From the IMG/VR virus record IMGVR_UViG_3300023179_007799: a DNA stretch of 64,000 nucleotides; one strand, given 5' to 3'. The stretch's first letter is position 1; each line of letters opens with the position of its first letter. Made by a program: the position numbers and the translations under genes. Shown here one piece after another: positions 56,438 through 64,000 of the stretch. This stretch comes from an uncultured virus (IMG/VR IMGVR_UViG_3300023179_007799) (taxonomy: Duplodnaviria > Heunggongvirae > Uroviricota > Caudoviricetes). The notes beneath the pieces are model-generated. The model had not been told where the DNA came from. It ran no database searches and was given only the letters and a program-made list of their open reading frames with translations.

Positions 56438-57328
56438 ATGATGCAGGTTGATATACGAGTACTTCAACAATTATTTCCTCAGAACAAACATCCAGATCAT
56501 CTGGCCGAAATATTAAACGAAATGTTTCCCAAGTATCAGATCACCACAGTAAATCGTGCAGCTGGATTTCTTGCGCAATGCGGTCATGAATCCAATGGGT
56601 TCACCATACTGAAAGAAAATCTCAACTATGGCGCCAAGGGGTTGGTGGGATTATTTAAAAAGTATTTTCCAGATGAAGCAACTGCTAAGGCCTACGAGCG
56701 TCAGCCAGAAAAAATTGCCAACAGAATCTATGCCAACCGTATGGGCAACGGCCCTGAATCCAGTGGAGACGGTTATCGCTATCGGGGTCGTGGAGCAATC
56801 CAATTAACCGGCAAGGACAATTATTCCAGATTCGCTGCAAGCATTGGCATGAGTCTGGAAGAGGTTATTGCGGATTTGGAAACTCTGGATGGAGCCATTG
56901 AATCGGCCTGTTGGTTCTGGGCCACCAACGGATTGAATAACATCTGTGATGCTGATGATATTGTCAAAATGACCAAAAAAATCAATGGTGGAACCATTGG
57001 ACTGCAGGACAGACAACATCATTATGAAGTAGCCAAGCAGTTGTTGTCTGCCATGGCTGATGTAGACAACAGTGACTCAGACCAGTCAGATGATTCAGAC
57101 TCATACACTGAGGATTTTGATAATAGCCCTGCCGCACCACAATATACCACTGTGCGACTGGGCTCACGTGGGGACACCGTGGCATTGCTACAACAGGCAC
57201 TGGGGTTGTCGGCTGATGGTGTGTTTGGTCCCGGCACTGATCGTGCGTTAAGACAATGGCAAGCAGCCAATGGTTTGTCACCAGATGGCATTGCTGGACC
57301 AAATACTTTAAAAAGGTTGCTGGGCTAA
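56438..57328 (+). CDS. endolysin: GH19 domain plus C-terminal peptidoglycan-binding domain
   Basis: FLAQCGHES, ENLNY, YRGRGAIQLTG..NY and INGG motifs; DGVFGPGT..A...WQ...GL..DGIAGP.T. Confidence 0.93.
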   Translation: MMQVDIRVLQQLFPQNKHPDHLAEILNEMFPKYQITTVNRAAGFLAQCGHESNGFTILKENLNYGAKGLVGLFKKYFPDEATAKAYERQPEKIANRIYANRMGNGPESSGDGYRYRGRGAIQLTGKDNYSRFAASIGMSLEEVIADLETLDGAIESACWFWATNGLNNICDADDIVKMTKKINGGTIGLQDRQHHYEVAKQLLSAMADVDNSDSDQSDDSDSYTEDFDNSPAAPQYTTVRLGSRGDTVALLQQALGLSADGVFGPGTDRALRQWQAANGLSPDGIAGPNTLKRLLG

Positions 57329-57329
57329 C

Positions 57330-57794
57330 ATGTGGATACTACACTTCATTCCAGATAGCATTTTATTGATGGCAATCTATGGTCTGTTGGTGGTGGGTGG
57401 TGCTGCCGTCATAGCTGGATTATTCCTGGATTTCATTCCCATGATTTATCTGTGGAAAGGACCACTGCTGATTGTGGGGATCCTGTCACTGGGCGCAGGG
57501 GCATACTTTTATGGTGGCTACGGGGTAGAACAAGCGTGGAGAGCCAGAACCGCTGAGCTGGAAAAAAAGGCAGCCGATGCTGAAAAGAAAAGTCAGGTTG
57601 TCCGCAAACAAATACAGACAAAAATAGTCACCAAGGTCAAGATAGTCAAAGAGCAGGTGGCCGCCAATCAGGAAAAAATAGTCGAACATCAGGTAGAAAT
57701 AAATGCCGGCTGTCGATTGAGTGATGCAGCAGTAAATGCCTACAATGAGTTGACCAAAAACAAGATAGTCGAGGAGGTTCATATACATGAATAA
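57330..57794 (+). CDS. putative inner-membrane spanin (Rz-like)
   Basis: N-terminal TMs, coiled coil and a C-terminal Cys; follows the endolysin. Confidence 0.65.
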   Translation: MWILHFIPDSILLMAIYGLLVVGGAAVIAGLFLDFIPMIYLWKGPLLIVGILSLGAGAYFYGGYGVEQAWRARTAELEKKAADAEKKSQVVRKQIQTKIVTKVKIVKEQVAANQEKIVEHQVEINAGCRLSDAAVNAYNELTKNKIVEEVHIHE

Positions 57795-58050
57795 ATTTAT
57801 TCTTCCAATCTTGTTATTGGTATCAGCCTGCACCACAGTACCAGTGACACAAAAATTCCCAGCAGCACCAGAAAGCCTGCTGGAACCAGCTCAGAATCTT
57901 GAGCCCCTGAACCCAAACAAGCGTGAACTCAGTGACCTATTGGAAAACGTTGCTGAAAACTACGGACGTTATCATATTCTGGAACTTAAATATCAGTCCT
58001 GGCAGGAATGGTATAATCAACAGAAAAAAATATTCGAGGAGGTAAAATAA
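57787..58050 (+). CDS. putative outer-membrane spanin lipoprotein (Rz1-like)
   Basis: Lipobox LVSAC; Pro-rich P.AP..LLEP. Confidence 0.7.
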   Translation: MNKFILPILLLVSACTTVPVTQKFPAAPESLLEPAQNLEPLNPNKRELSDLLENVAENYGRYHILELKYQSWQEWYNQQKKIFEEVK

Positions 58051-58166
58051 TGTTGGACACTCTATTTTTTATATTGGTGGGGGCTATGATTGGTTGGCAT
58101 TTTCCACAACCCACCTGGGCTAAATTGCTGGCAGAAAGAATTATAAGCCTGATCAACAAAAAATGA
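58050..58166 (+). CDS. 38-aa membrane peptide
   Basis: GGAGG SD; MLDTLFFILVGAMIGWHFPQPTWAK... Confidence 0.6.
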   Translation: MLDTLFFILVGAMIGWHFPQPTWAKLLAERIISLINKK

Positions 58167-58564
58167 AAAAAGTCTTAGTGTTGGGTATGGCATTTGCACT
58201 CAGTGGCTGTGCAATTTATGACGCCATCACCATGGCAAAATTTGACAACCATGAATATGCACTGGTCAACGACATACGATCATCAGTTGTTGTTGCCCGA
58301 CCTCGGTGTGGCACATCTGAAGAAAAGCCTCTGGTACAACAGTTATATGTTCAGTCACTGACTTTAAAGAACTATTCGCAATATATACCAAAAAATAATC
58401 CCACAATAAAAATGACATCGGAATTACACGAGATCATTCAGGGATTACATGACAAGTATCAGGGACAGGAACCAGTCAGTGCTGCATATTGCAACTTAAA
58501 ACTTAATTTAATTGAGAAAAATGCAGAAGTCATGCAGCGATCAATCGGAGGAAAACCCAGATGA
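58163..58564 (+). CDS. lipoprotein
   Basis: Lipobox LSGC. Confidence 0.7.
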   Translation: MKKVLVLGMAFALSGCAIYDAITMAKFDNHEYALVNDIRSSVVVARPRCGTSEEKPLVQQLYVQSLTLKNYSQYIPKNNPTIKMTSELHEIIQGLHDKYQGQEPVSAAYCNLKLNLIEKNAEVMQRSIGGKPR

Positions 58565-58809
58565 ATTTAGATCAACTACTCAGAGAATTAAACGACCACC
58601 CAGATGATGCTGTGGCCAATTGGGCTGCAGACGCTCACGAGTTGCAAACTCAATTAAAGTCCAATGCTATTTCTCTGGCCGAGTATAAAGAACTCTTGCA
58701 GGACCTACTTCGTGGTCAGGAGATCATCAAGTCTGCAAATGATCTCGACACCCAATCCGCAATTAATCAGGCCACACACGGACTGTTGGCATTGGCCAGT
58801 CTGGCATAA
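58561..58809 (+). CDS. hypothetical protein
   Basis: GGAGG SD; coupled to the previous gene. Confidence 0.6.
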   Translation: MNLDQLLRELNDHPDDAVANWAADAHELQTQLKSNAISLAEYKELLQDLLRGQEIIKSANDLDTQSAINQATHGLLALASLA

Positions 58810-58832
58810 TTTATAAAAACAAGGAGCGAACA

Positions 58833-59426
58833 ATGGCATTCACAGACTCAATTTTAACAATTTTTAACAAAGCACCAAAAGATCCAGATGCACCCAAGCC
58901 CCCAGCAGGATCACGCAGCGAGAGAGAAGCAAAAATCAAAGACAAGGCCGGGTTGGTCATCAACGTTTTTGCTGCACTGCTGGCATTTAATACCTGGTTT
59001 GGAAGCACACTCAGCAGTACTGTTATGAACAATACCATCAAGGCCAACGACATCTGGAATTTTTATCAGGCCAAAAGTATCAAACAAACACTGGCCGAAT
59101 ATGCACTGGAAGATGCCAAACGAGCAGGCGATGTTAAATTGGTACAAAAGCTGCAGGCCAAAATAGATCGTTACGAAAGTGATCCTGAAAAAGGTGAAGG
59201 CAAACAAGAGCTATTTGCCAAGGCCAAGGCTCTGGAAGCCGAGCGCGATCATGCCAAAAAGCGCAGCCCCTGGATTGGTTATGCCAGCACAGCCTATCAA
59301 CTGAGCATTGTTTTGCTGTCAGCAAGTATACTTGCTGTAAACATGTTGATGTTCTGGTCTAGCTTTGTAGTAGCAGGAGTTGGAATACTACTCATGAGTC
59401 AGGGACTTTGGCTGTGGTTGCTGTAA
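58833..59426 (+). CDS. membrane protein (DUF4337-like)
   Basis: TM - AND.W..YQAKSIKQ - coiled coil - Q..IVL.S...L TMs. Confidence 0.65.
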   Translation: MAFTDSILTIFNKAPKDPDAPKPPAGSRSEREAKIKDKAGLVINVFAALLAFNTWFGSTLSSTVMNNTIKANDIWNFYQAKSIKQTLAEYALEDAKRAGDVKLVQKLQAKIDRYESDPEKGEGKQELFAKAKALEAERDHAKKRSPWIGYASTAYQLSIVLLSASILAVNMLMFWSSFVVAGVGILLMSQGLWLWLL

Positions 59427-59446
59427 ACACCACTATTTGAAATCCA

Positions 59447-59473
59447 AGCCGGCATTTTAAATGCCGGCTTTTT
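59447..59473 (+). terminator. intrinsic terminator
   Basis: AGCCGGCATT-TTA-AATGCCGGCTTTTT. Confidence 0.8.
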
Positions 59474-59546
59474 TATGAGCAGTTTTTATTTTCTACGATA
59501 GTTTTAAATACTTGAGTATTATCATCAACTATCGTTGGGGAATAAC

Positions 59547-60572
59547 ATGAAAATAATAAAAAATATACTCGCCATATCGTTAGCATTTGCTGCCAGCACC
59601 ACTTGGGCCGATCCTGTACTGATCAATCAAACGGGATATGACAGCAAATCGTTAGTTGACACCAACAGCACCTCCAACAGTGTGAGCACAGTCAATACCA
59701 CCAACAACAGTACCAGTAACAGCAACAATACTAGTACCAGTACAGTGACCAGCACCAACACCAATAACAACAACAACGTCAGCACCAGTGTAAACACCAA
59801 CAACAACATCAACAGTGGCACACAGACGTTCAACAACGTCAACACTGGTGACATGACTTACAGAAACATCAACTCCAATACCAGTACCAACACCAACACC
59901 AACTACAATGTAAACAGTGGCACACAGACATTCAATAATAACAATAACACTGTCAGCACCAACACCAATAACAACAACAACGTCAGCACCAGTACCAGCA
60001 CCAACAACAACGTCAATACTGGCGACATGACCAACCGCAACATCAACACCAGTACAAGTTCCAGCACCAGTGCCAACAACAACGTCAATCAAAACATCAA
60101 CACGGGCGATATGACCAATCGTAATATCAACTCTAGTGAAATTACTCAACGTGTTGTTCAACCTCCCCCCACTGCGGTGGCACCTGCCATGATGAGTGGC
60201 GGCAACAATGATTTATGTACCACTGGCACCAGTGGAGCAGTGCAGACGCAAATTTTAGGTGTCAGTACTGGTGGCACTGTTCGAGACATGAATTGCGAAA
60301 GACTCAAGCTCAGTAAGACCCTGTTTGACATGGGCATGAAGGTTGCTGCTGTGGCCACCATGTGTCAGGACCGCCGTGTGTTTGATGCCATGATGCAGGC
60401 TGGCACACCTTGTCCGTACGAAGGTAAGATTGGCGATGCTGCTCGCGATTTGTGGGCTGAAAATCCAGAAAAACTACCAAAACTCGAGGAAGCCAAGAAA
60501 GATGACACCTATAAAAAGATGGGTTTCGGTGCTCTGTTGGGTGCTGCTATCTACAAACTATTCGGCTTCTAA
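59547..60572 (+). CDS. exported Asn/Thr/Ser-rich repeat protein with a Cys-containing C-terminal domain
   Basis: Signal peptide; repeats NTGDMT(N/Y)RNIN x3 and NSGTQTFNN x2; CERLKL...VAAVA.MCQD...AGTPCP. Confidence 0.75.
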   Translation: MKIIKNILAISLAFAASTTWADPVLINQTGYDSKSLVDTNSTSNSVSTVNTTNNSTSNSNNTSTSTVTSTNTNNNNNVSTSVNTNNNINSGTQTFNNVNTGDMTYRNINSNTSTNTNTNYNVNSGTQTFNNNNNTVSTNTNNNNNVSTSTSTNNNVNTGDMTNRNINTSTSSSTSANNNVNQNINTGDMTNRNINSSEITQRVVQPPPTAVAPAMMSGGNNDLCTTGTSGAVQTQILGVSTGGTVRDMNCERLKLSKTLFDMGMKVAAVATMCQDRRVFDAMMQAGTPCPYEGKIGDAARDLWAENPEKLPKLEEAKKDDTYKKMGFGALLGAAIYKLFGF

Positions 60573-62352
60573 AGCAAACGTAGTTTCTGTTCCCATAGGC
60601 GACACCGGTCTGAGTGTAACTCTGCAGACCGGTATCGATGCTCAAGGTTTGCAGAATCTCTACAACAACCCCAATTCTACTTCGGTGGGATCACAATTGG
60701 GAGATGACGGCAATGCACATGTACCGCTGAATTTTACTTTTCCCTATTGGGGCAAGAATTTTACAGACAGCTGGATGCACAGCAACGGTGTGGTGAGTTT
60801 TCAAAACCCCAACAACACTGGCAACTTCTGCTGTGCTGGGCAAGATCTCAAATCCGCTACAAACTCGCAGTATAATTATGCCATATTTCCCTTGTGGACT
60901 GACCTTATCGTGAGATCCGGCAGTGCATATTATATGGGAACTCCTACCAGTATGACCTATGGCTGGTATGGCACCAGCGAATACGGCAATAGCAATGCCA
61001 AAAACACCTTTGAGGTCAAGATTGACAACAGTGGGGGCTTGGACCTGCGTTGGAGTGGCGCTCTGATAACCATGCAACCCAACACCATTGGATTTACCGG
61101 CGATCTCAGCAAGGGTGAATATTTTCAAGCACACAATGCCTCCAGTCTCACCATCAACAACGCTACGCAATTAACCATAGCTGGCACCAGTGTTGATCCA
61201 TGCATAGCAAATCCCTTGTATAGCACCACGTGTCCCGGCTACAAAGAAGCATACCTACAACAGCAGTGCAATTTGGATCAGTTGTTTTCGCCCAGTTGTC
61301 CAGGATACGGGATAGCCTATGCCAAAACAACAATACTTGGCTCAATTGCATCCAATGCGTCTGGGGCAAGGTCGACCATGACAGCACCCATGCCCATGCT
61401 GGAACCGGGGCCGGCTGGCAGTAATGGGCCAACGACAGGAGGAAACGGGCCCATGGCAGGCGGTGCACCAGGTGGTGATGGTCCCATGACAGGTGGCGCA
61501 CCAGGCGGCAGCAGTAATGGACCAACGGCAGGGGGAACCGGGCCCATGGCGGGTGGCGCACCAGGTGGTGGAACAGGCAGCAGTAGTAATGGTTCAGCCG
61601 CGGGCGGCGGTGGAGCGAAATCTAATGTATCCACATCCCAGGTTCTATCTATGATCAGTGGAAATGCTGCAAAAGAAAACAACATTGCCATAACTGCAGC
61701 CAACACTGCGACTGCACAGGCAATCGAAGCTGGAAATCAAACCACACGAGATGCGGAAGCAACTGCTAGTACATCGGCCACCCAGAGCAGTTCTGCATCT
61801 CTGACCAATGTCTCAAATCAGACGTCTGTATTAGTGGGAGCCTCCAATTTCGCGCCAGGTGGCGGTATAAAACTTCCTGGTATGTTAAATCTTGGACCCA
61901 CGGCCAGCAGTGCAGAGTTGGATTCATCAACACCGTCAGCTGCAGGTGCCTCCACAACATTTAATCTAAGACAAGAACTTGCTAAATTGTCAGAGGTAGA
62001 ACTTCTAGAACCACAGGAAGAGTTAAAATCAAACGGATTGAATCCACGTCTAACCACAACAACCAATATTCCAGCACAGACCACACCAACTGAACAGCGC
62101 ACAGATACTGTGAAGAAAAATGCACCCGATAGCACAGTGGCTGGCGATGTTTCAATTGCTGCCATGGCCACACAGCCTGCGGGATACAGTGCATACTCTC
62201 TAACCATGCCCGACACATCGTTTTATGCACCTAAAGAAATTTATCGAAATCAGAAGGTCGTGGACAATCAGCGTCTGATGCGAGGGTTAACTCGCGGTAG
62301 TGATAGTCTGCACGAACAAATGATGGAACAACAGTATCCCATAACAAAATAA
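60502..62352 (+). CDS. exported protein with nidogen-like N-terminal region, Cys repeats and Gly/Pro-rich linker
   Basis: DD....VPL.F.FPYWG..F....HSNG...I.PLWTDL; C..NPLY...CPGY x2; GPM.GGAPGG x3; start inferred. Confidence 0.65.
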   Translation: MTPIKRWVSVLCWVLLSTNYSASKANVVSVPIGDTGLSVTLQTGIDAQGLQNLYNNPNSTSVGSQLGDDGNAHVPLNFTFPYWGKNFTDSWMHSNGVVSFQNPNNTGNFCCAGQDLKSATNSQYNYAIFPLWTDLIVRSGSAYYMGTPTSMTYGWYGTSEYGNSNAKNTFEVKIDNSGGLDLRWSGALITMQPNTIGFTGDLSKGEYFQAHNASSLTINNATQLTIAGTSVDPCIANPLYSTTCPGYKEAYLQQQCNLDQLFSPSCPGYGIAYAKTTILGSIASNASGARSTMTAPMPMLEPGPAGSNGPTTGGNGPMAGGAPGGDGPMTGGAPGGSSNGPTAGGTGPMAGGAPGGGTGSSSNGSAAGGGGAKSNVSTSQVLSMISGNAAKENNIAITAANTATAQAIEAGNQTTRDAEATASTSATQSSSASLTNVSNQTSVLVGASNFAPGGGIKLPGMLNLGPTASSAELDSSTPSAAGASTTFNLRQELAKLSEVELLEPQEELKSNGLNPRLTTTTNIPAQTTPTEQRTDTVKKNAPDSTVAGDVSIAAMATQPAGYSAYSLTMPDTSFYAPKEIYRNQKVVDNQRLMRGLTRGSDSLHEQMMEQQYPITK

Positions 62353-62365
62353 CAAGGAGCGGATC

Positions 62366-62953
62366 ATGACAGAAGAAATCAAAGATGTCAATGCAAAAAT
62401 TGACCAAGCAGAAGCAGCAGTAAAGAAGTATGCCAGCAAGGACACTGTGATCAGTATCGGCGGTTATGAATTTACACCTGCCAAACTCATGGTGGCTGCT
62501 ACCATTGTGAGTTCCACCCTGGGTGGTCTGTACGGCTGTTTTGAGGTCTACAAAGATTACATGGGCATGAAGAAAAAAATTGCCGAGTATGCGGCACCAG
62601 ATCTGTCAGGGTTCGACAAGCGACTGGCTGTGATTGAAGAAAACAGCCAGAAATCCAGTGACTACACTCGAGATATTAAGAATGATCTTAAAAATGATAT
62701 CCGTCGCAATGAGTCAGTGACTGAACAAGTGGAGCGCAGTGTCAAGCAGGCTCAGCGCGAAACTGAACAGGAAATGCGTCAGGCCCGCAAGGACATACGT
62801 GAAGATCTGGACAAAGCTCGCGGTGAAGTCACAGCCATTCGCAGAGAGATGGCCGATGCGCGTCGTGACATCAGTCGGGAAGTCGAGCAGATGAAGAAGG
62901 AAGTAGATTCCAAGATCCAAAAGGCCATGGACAACCCCTTGGCCAACCGATGA
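62366..62953 (+). CDS. membrane-anchored coiled-coil protein
   Basis: AAGGAG SD; TM followed by heptad repeats. Confidence 0.7.
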   Translation: MTEEIKDVNAKIDQAEAAVKKYASKDTVISIGGYEFTPAKLMVAATIVSSTLGGLYGCFEVYKDYMGMKKKIAEYAAPDLSGFDKRLAVIEENSQKSSDYTRDIKNDLKNDIRRNESVTEQVERSVKQAQRETEQEMRQARKDIREDLDKARGEVTAIRREMADARRDISREVEQMKKEVDSKIQKAMDNPLANR

Positions 62954-63006
62954 TTTTTTAGTTCAAACAAATAAATAATAATACATTTTAAAAAGGATTT
63001 TCAATC

Positions 63007-63528
63007 ATGGCAAAACGAGAAGATTGGATGCAAACAATGTGGAGACCAGCCATGGGCTGGTTATATATGCTGATCTGTTTCCTGGACATGGCGGTGTTCC
63101 CAGTGTTGTGGACGCTGTGGCAGGGGTGGAATCATGTGCCAATCACTCAATGGAATCCGCTAACACTACAAGGTGCGGGTTTATTCCACATTGCCATGGG
63201 CGCCGTTCTGGGTATTGCAGCATTTGGTCGTACCCAGGAAAAACTGGCAGGCACTGCAGCTAACCCAACAGCAACAGCGCAAACCATGACAACCAATACC
63301 ATTGGTGTTCCTGGCGGAATGGGCGGTGGGTTTGGTGGCAGTGTTGGTGGTTTTGGTGGCAGTGTTGGTGGTTTTGGTGGCAGTACTGGTGGTTTTAATT
63401 CCCCAACACCTGCTGCAACTGGGGGCTTCAACACTGGTTTTAACAGTGCCGATACCAGCACTGGGTTTGGATCGGACTCGGCTAATTTGGGCGACGCTCC
63501 TCCACCCAGACGAAGAAAAATAACTTAA
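63007..63528 (+). CDS. putative holin (3TM/GTA-type) with Gly-rich tail
   Basis: WRPAMGW.Y...C..D...FP and G.....GR..EK motifs; 21-bp tandem repeat encoding GGSVGGF. Confidence 0.6.
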   Translation: MAKREDWMQTMWRPAMGWLYMLICFLDMAVFPVLWTLWQGWNHVPITQWNPLTLQGAGLFHIAMGAVLGIAAFGRTQEKLAGTAANPTATAQTMTTNTIGVPGGMGGGFGGSVGGFGGSVGGFGGSTGGFNSPTPAATGGFNTGFNSADTSTGFGSDSANLGDAPPPRRRKIT

Positions 63529-63569
63529 TAATAGTCGAAAAGTCAGAGTAAATAAAAAGGTAAGCATGT

Positions 63570-63598
63570 TTGACAGCTTACCTTTTTGTTTATATAAT
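63570..63598 (+). promoter_or_regulatory. consensus sigma70 promoter for dnaJ embedded in a 12-bp inverted repeat
   Basis: TTGACA-17-TATAAT; AAAAAGGTAAGC (63554-63565) / GCTTACCTTTTT (63576-63587). Confidence 0.75.
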
Positions 63599-63607
63599 AT
63601 TAAGACC

Positions 63608-64000
63608 ATGCAAGACTTATATCAGATACTGGGCGTAAATAAAAACGCCACCGAAGAAGAAATCAAACAGGCCTACCGAAAGTTGGCCATGAAGCACCAC
63701 CCAGATCGTGGTGGTGATGAAAAACAATTTCAAGAAATTAAAAATGCCTATGAAGTTCTGAGTGACCCTGTCCGGAGACAACAACACGATAACCCCGGCC
63801 CATTCCACCATCATCACGGCAACCATGAGCACAGTCATTTTGAATTCCATTTTGGCGGAGGTGGTCCACAGGATATCTTCGCACAGTTCTTTAATCAGGG
63901 GTTTGGGGCACATCCTTTCCAAAGACAACCAAGAAAAAACAAAGATCTCAGAGTCAGACTGGGAGTTGACCTTGCCAGTACACTGCAGTCACAGGAAAAA
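63608..64000 (+). CDS. DnaJ-family co-chaperone (3' partial)
   Basis: D.Y.ILGV...A...EIKQAYRKLAMKHHPDRGG...F.EI..AYEVLSD J-domain followed by a G/F-rich region; not in the ORF track. Confidence 0.93.
   Translation, partial: MQDLYQILGVNKNATEEEIKQAYRKLAMKHHPDRGGDEKQFQEIKNAYEVLSDPVRRQQHDNPGPFHHHHGNHEHSHFEFHFGGGGPQDIFAQFFNQGFGAHPFQRQPRKNKDLRVRLGVDLASTLQSQEK

Noticed and set aside
63330..63395. 21-bp tandem repeat as a regulatory or contingency locus
   Set aside because: It is in frame and encodes a GGSVGGF low-complexity tail, so copy-number changes would not shift the frame
1..64000. Alternative genetic code (stop-codon reassignment)
   Set aside because: Recognisable proteins are full length under the standard code, and TAA, TGA and TAG all end genes at sensible positions

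Overview
The window looks like a 64-kb segment of a large (jumbo-type) tailed-phage genome, not a bacterial chromosome. Genes are dense and mostly on the + strand. They include virion/tail-fibre proteins, a clamp loader, PhoH, MazG, a GH19 endolysin-spanin lysis module and a free-standing GIY-YIG homing endonuclease. Regulation combines sigma70-type promoters (TTGACA-17-TATAAT) with T4-like late motifs (TAAATA/TAAGTA). DnaK and PqqA resemble betaproteobacterial versions, so a proteobacterial host is likely (inference). The window is unusually rich in host-like genes: proteostasis (DnaK, DnaJ, Hsp20, GroES, ClpS, ClpP), translation (bS21, IF-1, a bL12 C-terminal-domain protein, a RimK-type ligase), transcription (omega/RpoZ-like, DksA/TraR), redox/Fe-S (SOD, ErpA, BFD-like, ferritin-like) and envelope (delta-9-type desaturase, PBP7-like peptidase). 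The most interesting signals are missing from the ORF track. (1) A stand-alone 23-aa PqqA precursor peptide gene (10063-10134). (2) A circularly permuted, two-piece tmRNA with tag ANDNVYAEDFALAA (about 30441-30770). (3) Three ROSE-like RNA-thermometer hairpins before dnaK, hsp20 and an unknown 74-aa gene. (4) Several genes whose start codon lies only 4-7 nt after a late-promoter motif, suggesting leaderless mRNAs. There are also two unexplained enzyme clusters (15040-19683, with an amidinotransferase; 51371-55301) and a DnaE fragment that ends just before the catalytic aspartates. All product calls come from motif recognition by eye; no database searches were run.
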